A stretch of 64,000 bases of DNA, from IMG/VR virus record IMGVR_UViG_3300032315_001604, positions 1-64,000 of that record; one strand, given 5' to 3'. This document shows positions 16,932 to 25,865 of this stretch, one piece after another. Source of the stretch: a virus. Numbering within the stretch: the first letter of the stretch is position 1; the number at the start of each line of letters is the position of its first letter. The notes beneath the pieces were generated by a model. The model was not told where the DNA came from. It worked only from the letters and a program-made list of their open reading frames with translations, and searched no databases. The position numbers and the translations under genes were made by a program.

Positions 16932-18113
16932 TTATTCAACCTTCAAGGTTTTACCCAATGAATTGATTGTGGCTTTTTTATTCGTAACCTTAATCAATTC
17001 AACACCTGTGCTATTTTCTGAATAATTGACAATACAAAATCCGTTTTGCCAATTTGCACCTTTAACATAGGTAGGATTCAATTTACAAGCGCATCCGATT
17101 TCATGGTTCTCAACAATTTCCATTGGACGAGATCCAATCTTTGGAATGGTTTGATATGTCGATCCCAAACGATGAGTATGGCTTGTGATTGTTGAGGCAA
17201 AATGTTTTTCAAAATTACCTCTAGCAGAGAAGCCACCATGCTTACGAACAATATCACCATGATACACGAAAACGTTATTTGGTAGCTCGACTAATGAATC
17301 CATATCATCAGTAGCATCTACCAAACGAATTCGGGACCATTCTTCTTGGGGATGAAAAACTTTTGTATATGAGAGATTCTCTGCGATTTGTGGAAGCTCT
17401 AATAGTTGTTTGATATCATCACTAGCAGAAATATATCTCCACCAACGACCTTCGATACCATTACCAGAATGATTTCCATTCGTTTCAAGAATCTCTGCTT
17501 TGAATGGCTCTGTAATATCATGAAGAATTTTGAGAAATTTATGATAAGCTTCAATTTCATCATTAATACTATGGGTATGTCTAGGATCTTTAGAATACTT
17601 GCTAATAGAAAGAAGATCGACAGTATCGCCATTAAGAATAATTCTTTCTGGTTTCATTTCTTCAACAGCCTGAAGAAAGATGTTGATCGTATCCCAACAC
17701 TCAAAACCGAAGTGAGTGTCACCAATAATCATTGTTGATTTGTTGGCAACCGAATAGGTTTTAGGTTTTACTGGAGCAGGATATTGAATATATTTAACAT
17801 TTTCCAAAAACTCTTTCAATCGCTCTTGGTGAAAATCATTCTTAGTCATTCCTGCCAAATATGGAGCATCGAAAGATTCTGTTGTTTCTTCTTCGGTAAT
17901 AATGTTAATAGGGTTATCATTCTCATCGAAAGAATTTTGAACCGTAGTTTTTACAATTGTAGTATTACGGCGGCGATCTGTAACCCAATCATGAATTGTT
18001 GATCTTGGAACTCCCAAGAGTTCTGAAATTTCTGTTTTGGTTTTGCCTTTTCCATGAAGCTGTAAAACTTTTTTACGCTTTATGTTTCTATCCAAGTTAA
18101 TATTCATGCTCAT
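16932..18113 (-). CDS. HTH + calcineurin-like metallophosphoesterase
   Basis: N-terminal HTH (EISELLGVPRSTIHDW); GDTH, GDTVD, GNH, HGD, HTH motifs. Confidence 0.8.
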   Translation of the reverse strand: MSMNINLDRNIKRKKVLQLHGKGKTKTEISELLGVPRSTIHDWVTDRRRNTTIVKTTVQNSFDENDNPINIITEEETTESFDAPYLAGMTKNDFHQERLKEFLENVKYIQYPAPVKPKTYSVANKSTMIIGDTHFGFECWDTINIFLQAVEEMKPERIILNGDTVDLLSISKYSKDPRHTHSINDEIEAYHKFLKILHDITEPFKAEILETNGNHSGNGIEGRWWRYISASDDIKQLLELPQIAENLSYTKVFHPQEEWSRIRLVDATDDMDSLVELPNNVFVYHGDIVRKHGGFSARGNFEKHFASTITSHTHRLGSTYQTIPKIGSRPMEIVENHEIGCACKLNPTYVKGANWQNGFCIVNYSENSTGVELIKVTNKKATINSLGKTLKVE

Positions 18114-18195
18114 ATATTAACAGAACAGCCAATAATGTCAATAAAATATGCTTACAGTTGCGTTTATAGATTTATAAATATTAATATATAGTATT

Positions 18196-18588
18196 ATGCC
18201 AAATTTTGTTTCCAAATTCAATATATTAGAAGAAAAACATAGAGCTTTTATTAATTTGATAATCAAACCTTTAATGTCATTGATTATTTTTTTAAGTGTA
18301 GGTTATTATACCATGTGGCTTTCGACCAACTATGTACGTCAAGATAAGTTTTTTGATTTTGTTGAAAAACAAACAAAAGCGGATGAACAACAAGACGATA
18401 GTTCAAAAGCGCGTTTTGAAGTAACGCAAATAAAATTAGAAACTATTATAAATCAACAAGTTGCATATACAGAACAAATTAAAACACTAAACGCGATGTT
18501 ACTGTCTTATCAAAAACAAGTTGATGAGTTAAACGATAGAATTTTATATCTGGAAAGAAATCAAAGATTATATCATCAAGACCCTTAA
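18196..18588 (+). CDS. Single-pass membrane coiled-coil protein
   Basis: One hydrophobic helix then heptads. Confidence 0.55.
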   Translation: MPNFVSKFNILEEKHRAFINLIIKPLMSLIIFLSVGYYTMWLSTNYVRQDKFFDFVEKQTKADEQQDDSSKARFEVTQIKLETIINQQVAYTEQIKTLNAMLLSYQKQVDELNDRILYLERNQRLYHQDP

Positions 18589-18604
18589 GAGGTAAATATA
18601 CTAG

Positions 18605-19204
18605 ATGCCAGCATTACCATCACTTAGAATTAGCGAATTACCAAAATTTACAGGTGATATAACAACGTTATATTTTCCTGCAAATGTCGGTTTTCCTGCG
18701 GAAACATATACGGTTCCTTTTTCAACATTAAGAACACAAATATTAAACGAAGCTACAGTTCAAGGAAATTTATTAATAACCCAAAATTTAAGTGCAAACG
18801 GTTCTTTTATTGTTGGAAGTTATAACCATCAAACAGCAATAACTACTTTGGAAGGTTTTACTAATGGAACCACACTTTCTACATTAAAACCTACAACATC
18901 AATCAATTTTATTTTAAGTCCTAACTCAATATATTCTTATAAAATAACAGTAGCAGCATATGAAGTTAGTACAAACTATGCAAATAGTTTTGAATTTAGC
19001 GGTGTTATAAAAAGAAATTCTTCTAATGCAACATCAATCGTAGGATACCCAACAAAAATCATTAACGTTCAAGAAGACGCTAATGTTGATGTAAACATAT
19101 CTGCAAATAATACAAACAAGTCTTTAGATGTGGTAGTAAAAGGATCTACAGGAAGTGCTTATCGTTGGACGGCATCCGTATATACAACAAACGTTAGAGT
19201 ATAA
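18605..19204 (+). CDS. Putative structural beta-rich protein
   Basis: LRISELP N-terminus typical of fibre-like proteins; late-type box upstream. Confidence 0.5.
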   Translation: MPALPSLRISELPKFTGDITTLYFPANVGFPAETYTVPFSTLRTQILNEATVQGNLLITQNLSANGSFIVGSYNHQTAITTLEGFTNGTTLSTLKPTTSINFILSPNSIYSYKITVAAYEVSTNYANSFEFSGVIKRNSSNATSIVGYPTKIINVQEDANVDVNISANNTNKSLDVVVKGSTGSAYRWTASVYTTNVRV

Positions 19205-19206
19205 TT

Positions 19207-19377
19207 ATGAAATTCGATTTATTAGTAAATTCTATTTTAGAAGAAAAAAAAGATGCTTGTTACTATAAAGTAAAAAGAAGATATAAGGTTTGGCCTTCTG
19301 CTTATGCTTCAGGTGCTTTGGTAAAATGTCGTAAAGCAGGTTCAAAAAACTGGGGAAATAAATCTAAAAAGAAATGA
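19207..19377 (+). CDS. Small basic Cys-containing protein, 56 aa (not in track)
   Basis: MKFDLLVNSILEE + DACYYKVKRRYKVWPSAYASGALVKCRK. Confidence 0.75.
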   Translation: MKFDLLVNSILEEKKDACYYKVKRRYKVWPSAYASGALVKCRKAGSKNWGNKSKKK

Positions 19378-19850
19378 AATTTGATTTATTAGTTGAGCAA
19401 TTATTAACGGAAATTTCTGAAAATAATTCCAAAAAGACCTATAAAGTTTCTTGTTATAAATACGGTATTTCAAAAGAAACAACAGCAGTTTCTCCAGAAC
19501 AAGCTATTTCTTTTGTTGCTGTTAGATATGCAAAAGATAAAGGATTAAAATCTACAGCATATAGTAGAGTGATCAGCGATTTTAAAAAGTGTTCAAAAGC
19601 AAAACTTGTTGAAGAAGGATTTGAATTGGAAAAAAAAGAAGGACTTCGTGGTTGGTTTAAAAGAAATAAAGGAAAGGGATGGATTGATTGTAAAAAAAGC
19701 AAAAAAGGAAAATTGGTTCCTTGTGGTAGAAAAAAAGGAACAAAAAGCGGTAAAGGATATCCTGCTTGCAGACCAACTCTTTCAATGTGTTCTGGAAGTA
19801 AAAGAAAAAAGAAAAGTTCTAAAAGAATAACTTGGAAAAAGAATAAGTAA
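19374..19850 (+). CDS. Basic Cys-containing putative internal head protein
   Basis: MKFDLLVEQLLTE; C-terminal GLRGWF...GWIDC...PCGR...YPACRP. Confidence 0.65.
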   Translation: MKFDLLVEQLLTEISENNSKKTYKVSCYKYGISKETTAVSPEQAISFVAVRYAKDKGLKSTAYSRVISDFKKCSKAKLVEEGFELEKKEGLRGWFKRNKGKGWIDCKKSKKGKLVPCGRKKGTKSGKGYPACRPTLSMCSGSKRKKKSSKRITWKKNK

Positions 19851-19858
19851 TTTGCACA

Positions 19859-20230
19859 ATGAAATCTATTGTTACAAATAAAAATCTGTCTTTTGAAGAT
19901 TATTTTGTCTTATCAGAAGCATTAGAATTTAAAGATGGTGGATTTTCAATGACGGCTGATGATCCTGAAAAAGGCATAACATTAGCTCAAATATTTAAAG
20001 ACGTTAAAGATAACAGAAAAGAAATTGTAAATCGTATAAAACAAAGTATAAAATCTTATCATTTCAGTCCATTAGTTATTGCAGCATCGATGTTGTTAGC
20101 TGGAATTAATACTCAAAATTTTATTGATCAAAATCCTGAAGTTTTAAATTACGGCATTAATCAAAACGTTATAAATAAAGCTGCTGAATTTTTAGATAAA
20201 AATCCTAAAATCCTAAAATTTTTTCAATAA
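19859..20230 (+). CDS. Hypothetical protein
   Basis: SFEDYFVLSEA N-terminal motif. Confidence 0.55.
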   Translation: MKSIVTNKNLSFEDYFVLSEALEFKDGGFSMTADDPEKGITLAQIFKDVKDNRKEIVNRIKQSIKSYHFSPLVIAASMLLAGINTQNFIDQNPEVLNYGINQNVINKAAEFLDKNPKILKFFQ

Positions 20231-20394
20231 TGGAAACATATAAACACGGAATTGTTAATACAGATTCTCATCAAGTTTTGAGAAGAGGACAAGCCGTGAA
20301 AGTTTTATATGAAAAAGATGGTTATTATGTAGTTAAACCTTACATTGCTTGTTTTGAGCAAAAAATAAAAAAAGAAGATATTATTGTTAATTGA
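20230..20394 (+). CDS. Small hypothetical protein (not in track)
   Basis: 54-aa ORF overlapping upstream stop. Confidence 0.45.
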   Translation: METYKHGIVNTDSHQVLRRGQAVKVLYEKDGYYVVKPYIACFEQKIKKEDIIVN

Positions 20395-20439
20395 CATTAA
20401 TGTGGTTTTAAGGTAAGTTCTTAATGTATTAATTTAAAT

Positions 20440-20510
20440 GCCTGGTTAGTTTAATGGTAAAACGGTTGATTTGTAATCATCTAATACCAGTTCGATTCTG
20501 GTACTAGGCT
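20440..20510 (+). tRNA. tRNA-Thr(TGT), no encoded CCA
   Basis: Cloverleaf; loop TTTGTAA. Confidence 0.85.
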
Positions 20511-20518
20511 TATTAAAT

Positions 20519-20594
20519 TGCGGGATAGAGTTCTGGTGAACTCAAGTGTCTCATAAGCACTTTTAGGTGGGTTCGATCCCCACTCCCGCTACCA
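20519..20594 (+). tRNA. tRNA-Met(CAT), initiator-like
   Basis: Loop CTCATAA; U1:U72 mismatch, A11:U24; CCA encoded. Confidence 0.85.
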
Positions 20595-20598
20595 ATAT

Positions 20599-20829
20599 AT
20601 GTATATACCATCAAAACATTTCGAAAATCCTGAACAAGAAGTTGTTTGTCTTTTAACAGGAGAATCTTATGTTTATTTAGAAGGTGATGATATGTCTCTT
20701 CTAGATACAAAATATCATGAAGGTGCTATACAAGAATTACCAAAAAGATTTTTTTATCATCCAATGGGTATAAACAAAGGAAACGGAAATTTTAAAATTT
20801 TGATGAAAAATCCACAGTTTCTTGACTAA
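20599..20829 (+). CDS. Hypothetical protein within tRNA cluster
   Basis: 76-aa ORF. Confidence 0.5.
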   Translation: MYIPSKHFENPEQEVVCLLTGESYVYLEGDDMSLLDTKYHEGAIQELPKRFFYHPMGINKGNGNFKILMKNPQFLD

Positions 20830-20864
20830 TAAATATTTTTTGATATATTTATATATGAATTTAT

Positions 20865-20936
20865 GTCGCCATCGTCTAACGGTTAGGACACATGGTTTTC
20901 ATCCATGTAATCGGAGTTCGATTCTCCGTGGCGATG
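20865..20936 (+). tRNA. tRNA-Glu(TTC)
   Basis: CATGG-TTTTCAT-CCATG; G73. Confidence 0.9.
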
Positions 20937-20941
20937 CTTTT

Positions 20942-21015
20942 GCAGAATTAGTTTAATGGTAGAACGAAGCTCTTCCAAAGCCTAGATGAGGGTTCGATTC
21001 CCTCATTCTGCACCA
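20942..21015 (+). tRNA. tRNA-Gly(TCC)
   Basis: Loop CTTCCAA; A73 (bacterial Gly usually U73); CCA encoded. Confidence 0.85.
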
Positions 21016-21049
21016 CTTGACATATCAAAATAAAAAATAAATTAATCAT

Positions 21050-21274
21050 ATGATTAATGTAGAAGTAAAAATATTCAAAAAAGGAGATCAGAAATTAGCT
21101 TTAGATAAAGCACTCCAAAGACTAAAAACAAAATTAACCAATGAAGGTGTAATGGATACAGTAAGAGCAAAAAGAGCTTTTGAAACACCCAAGGAAAAAA
21201 GAGAAAGAAAATTAAGAAACAGACTTAAATTAATTAAAAGTAAAAAATCCTTTGACAGAAAGAAAGATCTTTGA
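21050..21274 (+). CDS. rpsU: 30S ribosomal protein bS21 homolog
   Basis: LDKALQRLK...EG...VRAKRAFETPKEKRERK matches the bS21 pattern. Confidence 0.85.
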   Translation: MINVEVKIFKKGDQKLALDKALQRLKTKLTNEGVMDTVRAKRAFETPKEKRERKLRNRLKLIKSKKSFDRKKDL

Positions 21275-21280
21275 TAAAGT
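21252..21280 (+). promoter_or_regulatory. sigma70-type promoter inside the 3-prime end of rpsU
   Basis: TTGACA-17nt-TAAAGT; start site would fall just before the hairpin at 21289. Confidence 0.6.
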
Positions 21281-21286
21281 ATTAAT

Positions 21287-21490
21287 ACGATTCGGTAGCA
21301 GTCTATATCCGAATCAGAATAAGGGATCTTGCCTGTTAGTGTGTTGGTGAACTTATTCGCTGGATGAGTTAAGCTGCATAAAACTTTGACTCCATGCATT
21401 GATTAACACAGGCTTTGACGTAGATTATTCTGCGAACTCGCGGAGGCTTCGTTAAGGAAAGGACAATTTCTAGAGTAAAACCTTTCAAAA
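21287..21490 (+). ncRNA. Candidate structured ncRNA (~200 nt), unassigned
   Basis: GATTCGG/CCGAATC hairpin; CAGAATAA/TTATTCTG and GCCTGT/ACAGGC enclosing two inner hairpins; two further hairpins. Confidence 0.6.
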
Positions 21491-21500
21491 ACTAAATTTA

Positions 21501-21585
21501 GGTAGCGTACTCAAGTGGTTTACGAGAACTGTTTACTAAACAGTCGAACAGAAATGTTCCGTGAGTTCGAATCTCACCGCTACCA
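21501..21585 (+). tRNA. tRNA-Ser(ACT), long variable arm
   Basis: ACTGT-TTACTAA-ACAGT; G1,G2,U3 acceptor, G15:C48, GAACA-GAAA-TGTTC arm. Confidence 0.8.
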
Positions 21586-21607
21586 TATACTTGCACCGAT
21601 TCATTTT

Positions 21608-22027
21608 ATGGAAAAAATAGAATACGATTTGTTTAAAAAATCAATTGTTCCTTATGGCTTAGATAGGGGTGCTCCTAAATTTGATATAATTGAAACAAAA
21701 ACTAAAAAAGATCAACACTACAATCTTGCGGTGCAACAAGCACAAAAAGAATTTGAAAATCTTAAACAAATAGCTGATGTAATCAGCAAACAAGCTCAAC
21801 AAATAAAAGAGCGTTTAGAAACTACAGAACTCATATATAACGCTGAACGTAGCTTTACCCCTGTTGTTGGAGCCAGCTACTGGCTTATAAAAGATACAAA
21901 AAAGAATAATATAAAAATTGTTGTTTTGGGACCGAATGATTGGGCTACAAACCCTCCAGAAAATTATCAATATATTTCAGAAGTTCAATTTTTAGCTAAT
22001 GGTCTTTGGGAAAAATTAACTGACTAA
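21608..22027 (+). CDS. DUF2452-like hypothetical protein
   Basis: Start moved past tRNA; PYG...APKF and FTPVVGASYWL motifs. Confidence 0.5.
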   Translation: MEKIEYDLFKKSIVPYGLDRGAPKFDIIETKTKKDQHYNLAVQQAQKEFENLKQIADVISKQAQQIKERLETTELIYNAERSFTPVVGASYWLIKDTKKNNIKIVVLGPNDWATNPPENYQYISEVQFLANGLWEKLTD

Positions 22028-22066
22028 TAACTTTGACTTTTTTGTTTATTATAATAAAATATTGAA

Positions 22067-22273
22067 ATGGAAAATTGTTATTATACAAAAATTAAATTCA
22101 TGAATAGAAATTTTGGTATTTATATTCTTACCAAAGGAGAAAATGAATTTGATTTACAAATGGAAGTCAAAGGTTCTCTTTGTGGAGATGATTTTATTTT
22201 GTTAAGAAGATATCTTATAGAAGAAGGATACGTTGAAGAAGCAAGAGAATATAATAAAAATTTAATTGGGTAG
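22067..22273 (+). CDS. Hypothetical protein
   Basis: TTGACT-16nt-TAAAAT promoter with ATG 6 nt later. Confidence 0.55.
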   Translation: MENCYYTKIKFMNRNFGIYILTKGENEFDLQMEVKGSLCGDDFILLRRYLIEEGYVEEAREYNKNLIG

Positions 22274-22358
22274 ATGGCAGAGTTGGTCTATTGCATCTGA
22301 CTTGAAATCAGAAGTGGGGGAAACTTCACCGTGGGTTCGAATCCTACTCTACCCGCCA
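22268..22358 (+). tRNA. tRNA-Ser(TGA)
   Basis: TCTGA-CTTGAAA-TCAGA; long arm; G73; CCA. Confidence 0.9.
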
Positions 22359-22388
22359 TTTTTAATCTGAAATGTAAGTATTTGAACT

Positions 22389-22595
22389 ATGAATAACAGC
22401 GGAAACTCATTTATGGATAAAACATCAGATTTTTCAATCAAACTTTCTATTGAAGAATCTTTGTCACAATTAAAACTTTCAAAAAATTTATTTCAAGCAG
22501 TTTTTCCAAATGGTGAAACTGTTGATTTTGAAAAATACGAAGAAGCAATTTCTTTTTTATCAACTAACCCATCTTGTAAAATTTACGTAAAATGA
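22389..22595 (+). CDS. Hypothetical protein
   Basis: TAAGTA box upstream. Confidence 0.5.
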   Translation: MNNSGNSFMDKTSDFSIKLSIEESLSQLKLSKNLFQAVFPNGETVDFEKYEEAISFLSTNPSCKIYVK

Positions 22596-22831
22596 AATTT
22601 GATACATTAATAGAACAGACATTAAGTGGATTAGCTCAAGGAAAAACCTTGGAAGATATTGCCAAAAAACATAATGTTGATATTGAGTCTTTAAAAAAAG
22701 AACTTGATAAAGGAATAAAAGTCGAACACGAACATACCAAAAATAATCAAACCGCTAAAACAATTGCGATGGATCATTTATTTGAAAATCCAGAATATTA
22801 TACAAAATTAGCAAATATAGAAAAGAAATGA
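22592..22831 (+). CDS. DUF5661-like protein
   Basis: KGIKVEHEHT...IAMDHLFENPEYYTKL. Confidence 0.7.
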   Translation: MKFDTLIEQTLSGLAQGKTLEDIAKKHNVDIESLKKELDKGIKVEHEHTKNNQTAKTIAMDHLFENPEYYTKLANIEKK

Positions 22832-23256
22832 GTTTTGAGCAATATTTTGAATCAAAAGAATTCAATTTAAAAGATTACTACAACTTTTTAAATTCTTTTT
22901 TACAATCTAAAAAAGGGTGGAATTTAAAAGAAATACCAAACGATCCTTACAATCAATTAGAAATTGTAGATAAAAATGGTAAAAGGTTTGGTAAAATTGA
23001 AAGAGAATATAATCCAAAAACAAAGACCTTGTATTTAAATCATATCAGTGTTGGATTTGATGACAAAGGACAAAGAATGAAAGGATTGGGATTGGTAGAC
23101 TTAATCTATAATTTTGAAAAAAATATTGCACAAACATATGGAGTTAAAAAGGTATGTACTGAAGCTGTAAACGAAATTACAGAGAAAAAATTCAAAGAAA
23201 TTTATAAAGATTGTAAAATTATAAAAAGTAGAGATCAATTATGTGCTTATCTTTGA
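22828..23256 (+). CDS. GNAT-fold acetyltransferase-like protein
   Basis: LYLNHISV...RMKGLG motif A-like, TEAVNE. Confidence 0.5.
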   Translation: MSFEQYFESKEFNLKDYYNFLNSFLQSKKGWNLKEIPNDPYNQLEIVDKNGKRFGKIEREYNPKTKTLYLNHISVGFDDKGQRMKGLGLVDLIYNFEKNIAQTYGVKKVCTEAVNEITEKKFKEIYKDCKIIKSRDQLCAYL

Positions 23257-23269
23257 TAAGTAGTATAAT

Positions 23270-23842
23270 ATGAAAAAAGACGATATTAACATTAACGAAG
23301 CTTATGCTCAAATGTATAATCAAAAGCAATTAGATGAAGGTATTTTTGATGTAGCTAAAGCAAGAGGAGCACAAGCTATTGGGGCTGTTAAAGGTCTTGG
23401 TCAAAAGGTTGGTGGTGCTTATAAACAAGCAAAAGGTGGTTTAGTGCAAAAAGCAGTAGGGGCAGGTGCAAAAGCATTAGGTCTTGATCCTACAAAATCA
23501 GAATTATATCAAAAAGGAAAAGAACAACAAAGAGTAGGAAAAGCTCAAATTAAAGATGCTGGTGAAGTAGCTCAAGGTGCAAAATATAATACGTACATTA
23601 ATTCTGCTCTTGATGGTTTGGTAAAAGATTTAAAAAGATTAAACATTCCTATTAGCGATGAGAATGCTATGAAAAAAGAGCTTTTTAATGTTTTAAAACG
23701 TCAAATGACAGAACTTAAAACCAGTGGTGGTCAGTTTAGTGTCGGTTCGTCTACAAAGGTAGGTTTAAATAAACCTAAAGAAACAGCAGAACAAGAGGCT
23801 ATTCGTGCAGGTAAAGCATTCACATATACCCCTCCAAAATAA
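23270..23842 (+). CDS. Basic Ala/Gly-rich putative internal head protein
   Basis: MKKDDININEAY...QLDEG. Confidence 0.55.
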   Translation: MKKDDININEAYAQMYNQKQLDEGIFDVAKARGAQAIGAVKGLGQKVGGAYKQAKGGLVQKAVGAGAKALGLDPTKSELYQKGKEQQRVGKAQIKDAGEVAQGAKYNTYINSALDGLVKDLKRLNIPISDENAMKKELFNVLKRQMTELKTSGGQFSVGSSTKVGLNKPKETAEQEAIRAGKAFTYTPPK

Positions 23843-23896
23843 AACATCCTAATAATCTTCTTGCTTTAATTTAAAAGCAGAGTAAGATAGTTTAAT

Positions 23897-23973
23897 CGGG
23901 ATGTGGCTCAACTTGGTAGAGCATCTGCTTTGGGAGCAGAGGGTTGCAGGTTCAAATCCTGTCATCCCGACCA
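23897..23973 (+). tRNA. tRNA-Pro(TGG)
   Basis: TCTGC-TTTGGGA-GCAGA; C1:G72; CCA. Confidence 0.92.
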
Positions 23974-24015
23974 TTTATTCTTGACAATATTTTGTTTTTA
24001 TAATATTGTCTATTC

Positions 24016-24198
24016 ATGAACGTAAAAATTGTTTTTATTTCTATTGTGTTTATTTCTTTATTCATTATTACAGCAGGAACTGTAACAGAAATTTTTACAA
24101 TTAAACTTCGTAATGAGTTGATCAAAGATATGGCAAAAATGGAATATTACCAGAAAGAAGTAAATGGTAACATTTTGTGGATTAAGGATAAAAAATGA
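24016..24198 (+). CDS. Small membrane protein
   Basis: TTGACA-17nt-TATTGT promoter, ATG 6 nt later; hydrophobic N-terminus. Confidence 0.55.
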   Translation: MNVKIVFISIVFISLFIITAGTVTEIFTIKLRNELIKDMAKMEYYQKEVNGNILWIKDKK

Positions 24199-24842
24199 AA
24201 ATAAAACATTACATCAAAGAAGTAACCCCTGATATTTTTGCTGTTGTTATTAAAAACAAATATGATCGCGCCATGCTTTTTTGTCGCGCCCAAGAATATT
24301 ATGAAAGCCCAAGTCCTAAGTTTCGTGGAAAACAATTTTCTATTTGGGACTATATGAAATGGTATCATGAAAGATACGGAAGGGGATTTAGTTATGCAAA
24401 TGATTGGTCTGGTTTTAATATACCCCTCAAAATTATCACTCAATGCTATAATAAACTTGGTAAATTTGAAATACCCTATGATAAAATAGCGTATGATATT
24501 ATCGTAAAAATAAATAGAAATTGTGTTTTTGCGGATGGTTATGTGATTGGTTGCGGTGATACAAAAGGTGATACCTTCAAACATGAGGTTTGTCATGGTC
24601 TTTATTACACCGATAAAAAATACAAAAAGAAAATGGATGCTTTGACCAAAGGACTTCCAAAACAAATTTACAATACATTCAAGAAAAATATTTTAGAAAT
24701 GGGATATACTACAAAAGTCGTTGATGATGAGATACAAGCATATCTTCAATATGGATATGAAAATGAAGATTTTGGAAAAGGGGTTGACATTGGTGTTCGT
24801 ATCGAATATAGTAGTCTTTATAAACAACAATCAAAATTATGA
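24195..24842 (+). CDS. HExxH-containing hypothetical protein
   Basis: FKHEVCHGLYY...DEIQAY. Confidence 0.55.
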   Translation: MKIKHYIKEVTPDIFAVVIKNKYDRAMLFCRAQEYYESPSPKFRGKQFSIWDYMKWYHERYGRGFSYANDWSGFNIPLKIITQCYNKLGKFEIPYDKIAYDIIVKINRNCVFADGYVIGCGDTKGDTFKHEVCHGLYYTDKKYKKKMDALTKGLPKQIYNTFKKNILEMGYTTKVVDDEIQAYLQYGYENEDFGKGVDIGVRIEYSSLYKQQSKL

Positions 24843-25213
24843 AAGCAAAACATACATTTAAATACACATACGAAGAAGGCTGTGAAAACTTTTCACCAGT
24901 TGAAGTCATTTTTGATATACCAACAGGAGAAGTAACTATTACTCAAATGCTTTACAACTTTGAGTGTTACTTGAAAGCTTGTGGCTTTGTCTTTGATGGA
25001 CATTTGGAAGTTGTACCAGAAAGTGGTTATGATGTCATCGATGATACAGACTATTGTTGTATGGGTGATACTGATTATATCAAAACTGATTGTATCGGCA
25101 AGGAACATACACCCAATCACGAAATAGAAAAAAACAAATGGGTTCATGGTATGTGCAATCCTCCTTCACCTGATTGGAAGAAACAAGAAAACAATTGGTA
25201 TCATAACGAATGA
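24839..25213 (+). CDS. Hypothetical protein
   Basis: ATGA overlap packing. Confidence 0.55.
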   Translation: MKAKHTFKYTYEEGCENFSPVEVIFDIPTGEVTITQMLYNFECYLKACGFVFDGHLEVVPESGYDVIDDTDYCCMGDTDYIKTDCIGKEHTPNHEIEKNKWVHGMCNPPSPDWKKQENNWYHNE

Positions 25214-25512
25214 AAAAACCTACACATAAACAAAAGATTGAAATGTATGAAAAATTCTTACATAAGATTAATATGTGTGTAATGTGTTGTAATGATACAG
25301 GAGTTAGAGAACTTGTACATAATGCAGATAATTGGTCTTATATGCATCGTGTAGGAAACGGAGAACCCTCTGAAAGAGAACAACAAAGATTGATTACAAA
25401 AGCATTTTGGCAACTTTGCGATACTCCAGAATCGGATAAAGAAGTCGAAGAAAGACAAAGAATATATACCGAAAAGAAAAAAGAAAGAGAAGAAGCTGCT
25501 ATAAATTTATGA
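25210..25512 (+). CDS. Hypothetical protein
   Basis: ATGA overlap packing. Confidence 0.55.
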   Translation: MKKPTHKQKIEMYEKFLHKINMCVMCCNDTGVRELVHNADNWSYMHRVGNGEPSEREQQRLITKAFWQLCDTPESDKEVEERQRIYTEKKKEREEAAINL

Positions 25513-25856
25513 AAAAGAAAAATAATAAATTTAAACCATATCCATCGACAGATGTATGTTCACCATATTATGATTCAAAATCAACAATTACGGAGGAACA
25601 TTACACACTAGACGGTGATCATCCCGAAGATCGAATCTATAGAGATAAAGAATTTATCAACAGACTTCAATCACATATTGATTTGGTATATGATATTTTA
25701 GCTATGGATTTAAAACTTAATGAAAAGGGCAAAGAATGGCTTTTTGATTTTGTTTATAACGAAGAAGAAAATATTGAGTTTGAAAACTTCTTGGCAAAAT
25801 ATAAGGTCAAGTATAAAGATCTGGTTACTTCAAATGATTGGTATCATAATCAATAA
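25509..25856 (+). CDS. Hypothetical protein
   Basis: ATGA overlap packing. Confidence 0.55.
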   Translation: MKKKNNKFKPYPSTDVCSPYYDSKSTITEEHYTLDGDHPEDRIYRDKEFINRLQSHIDLVYDILAMDLKLNEKGKEWLFDFVYNEEENIEFENFLAKYKVKYKDLVTSNDWYHNQ

Positions 25857-25865
25857 AATAAATTT

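Noticed and set aside
21287-21490. 6S RNA
   Set aside because: Pairing pattern is multi-branched with separate flanking hairpins, not one long rod with a central bubble.
21515-21607. N-terminal extension of track ORF 21515..22027
   Set aside because: Overlaps tRNA-Ser(ACT); ATG 21608 is the plausible start.
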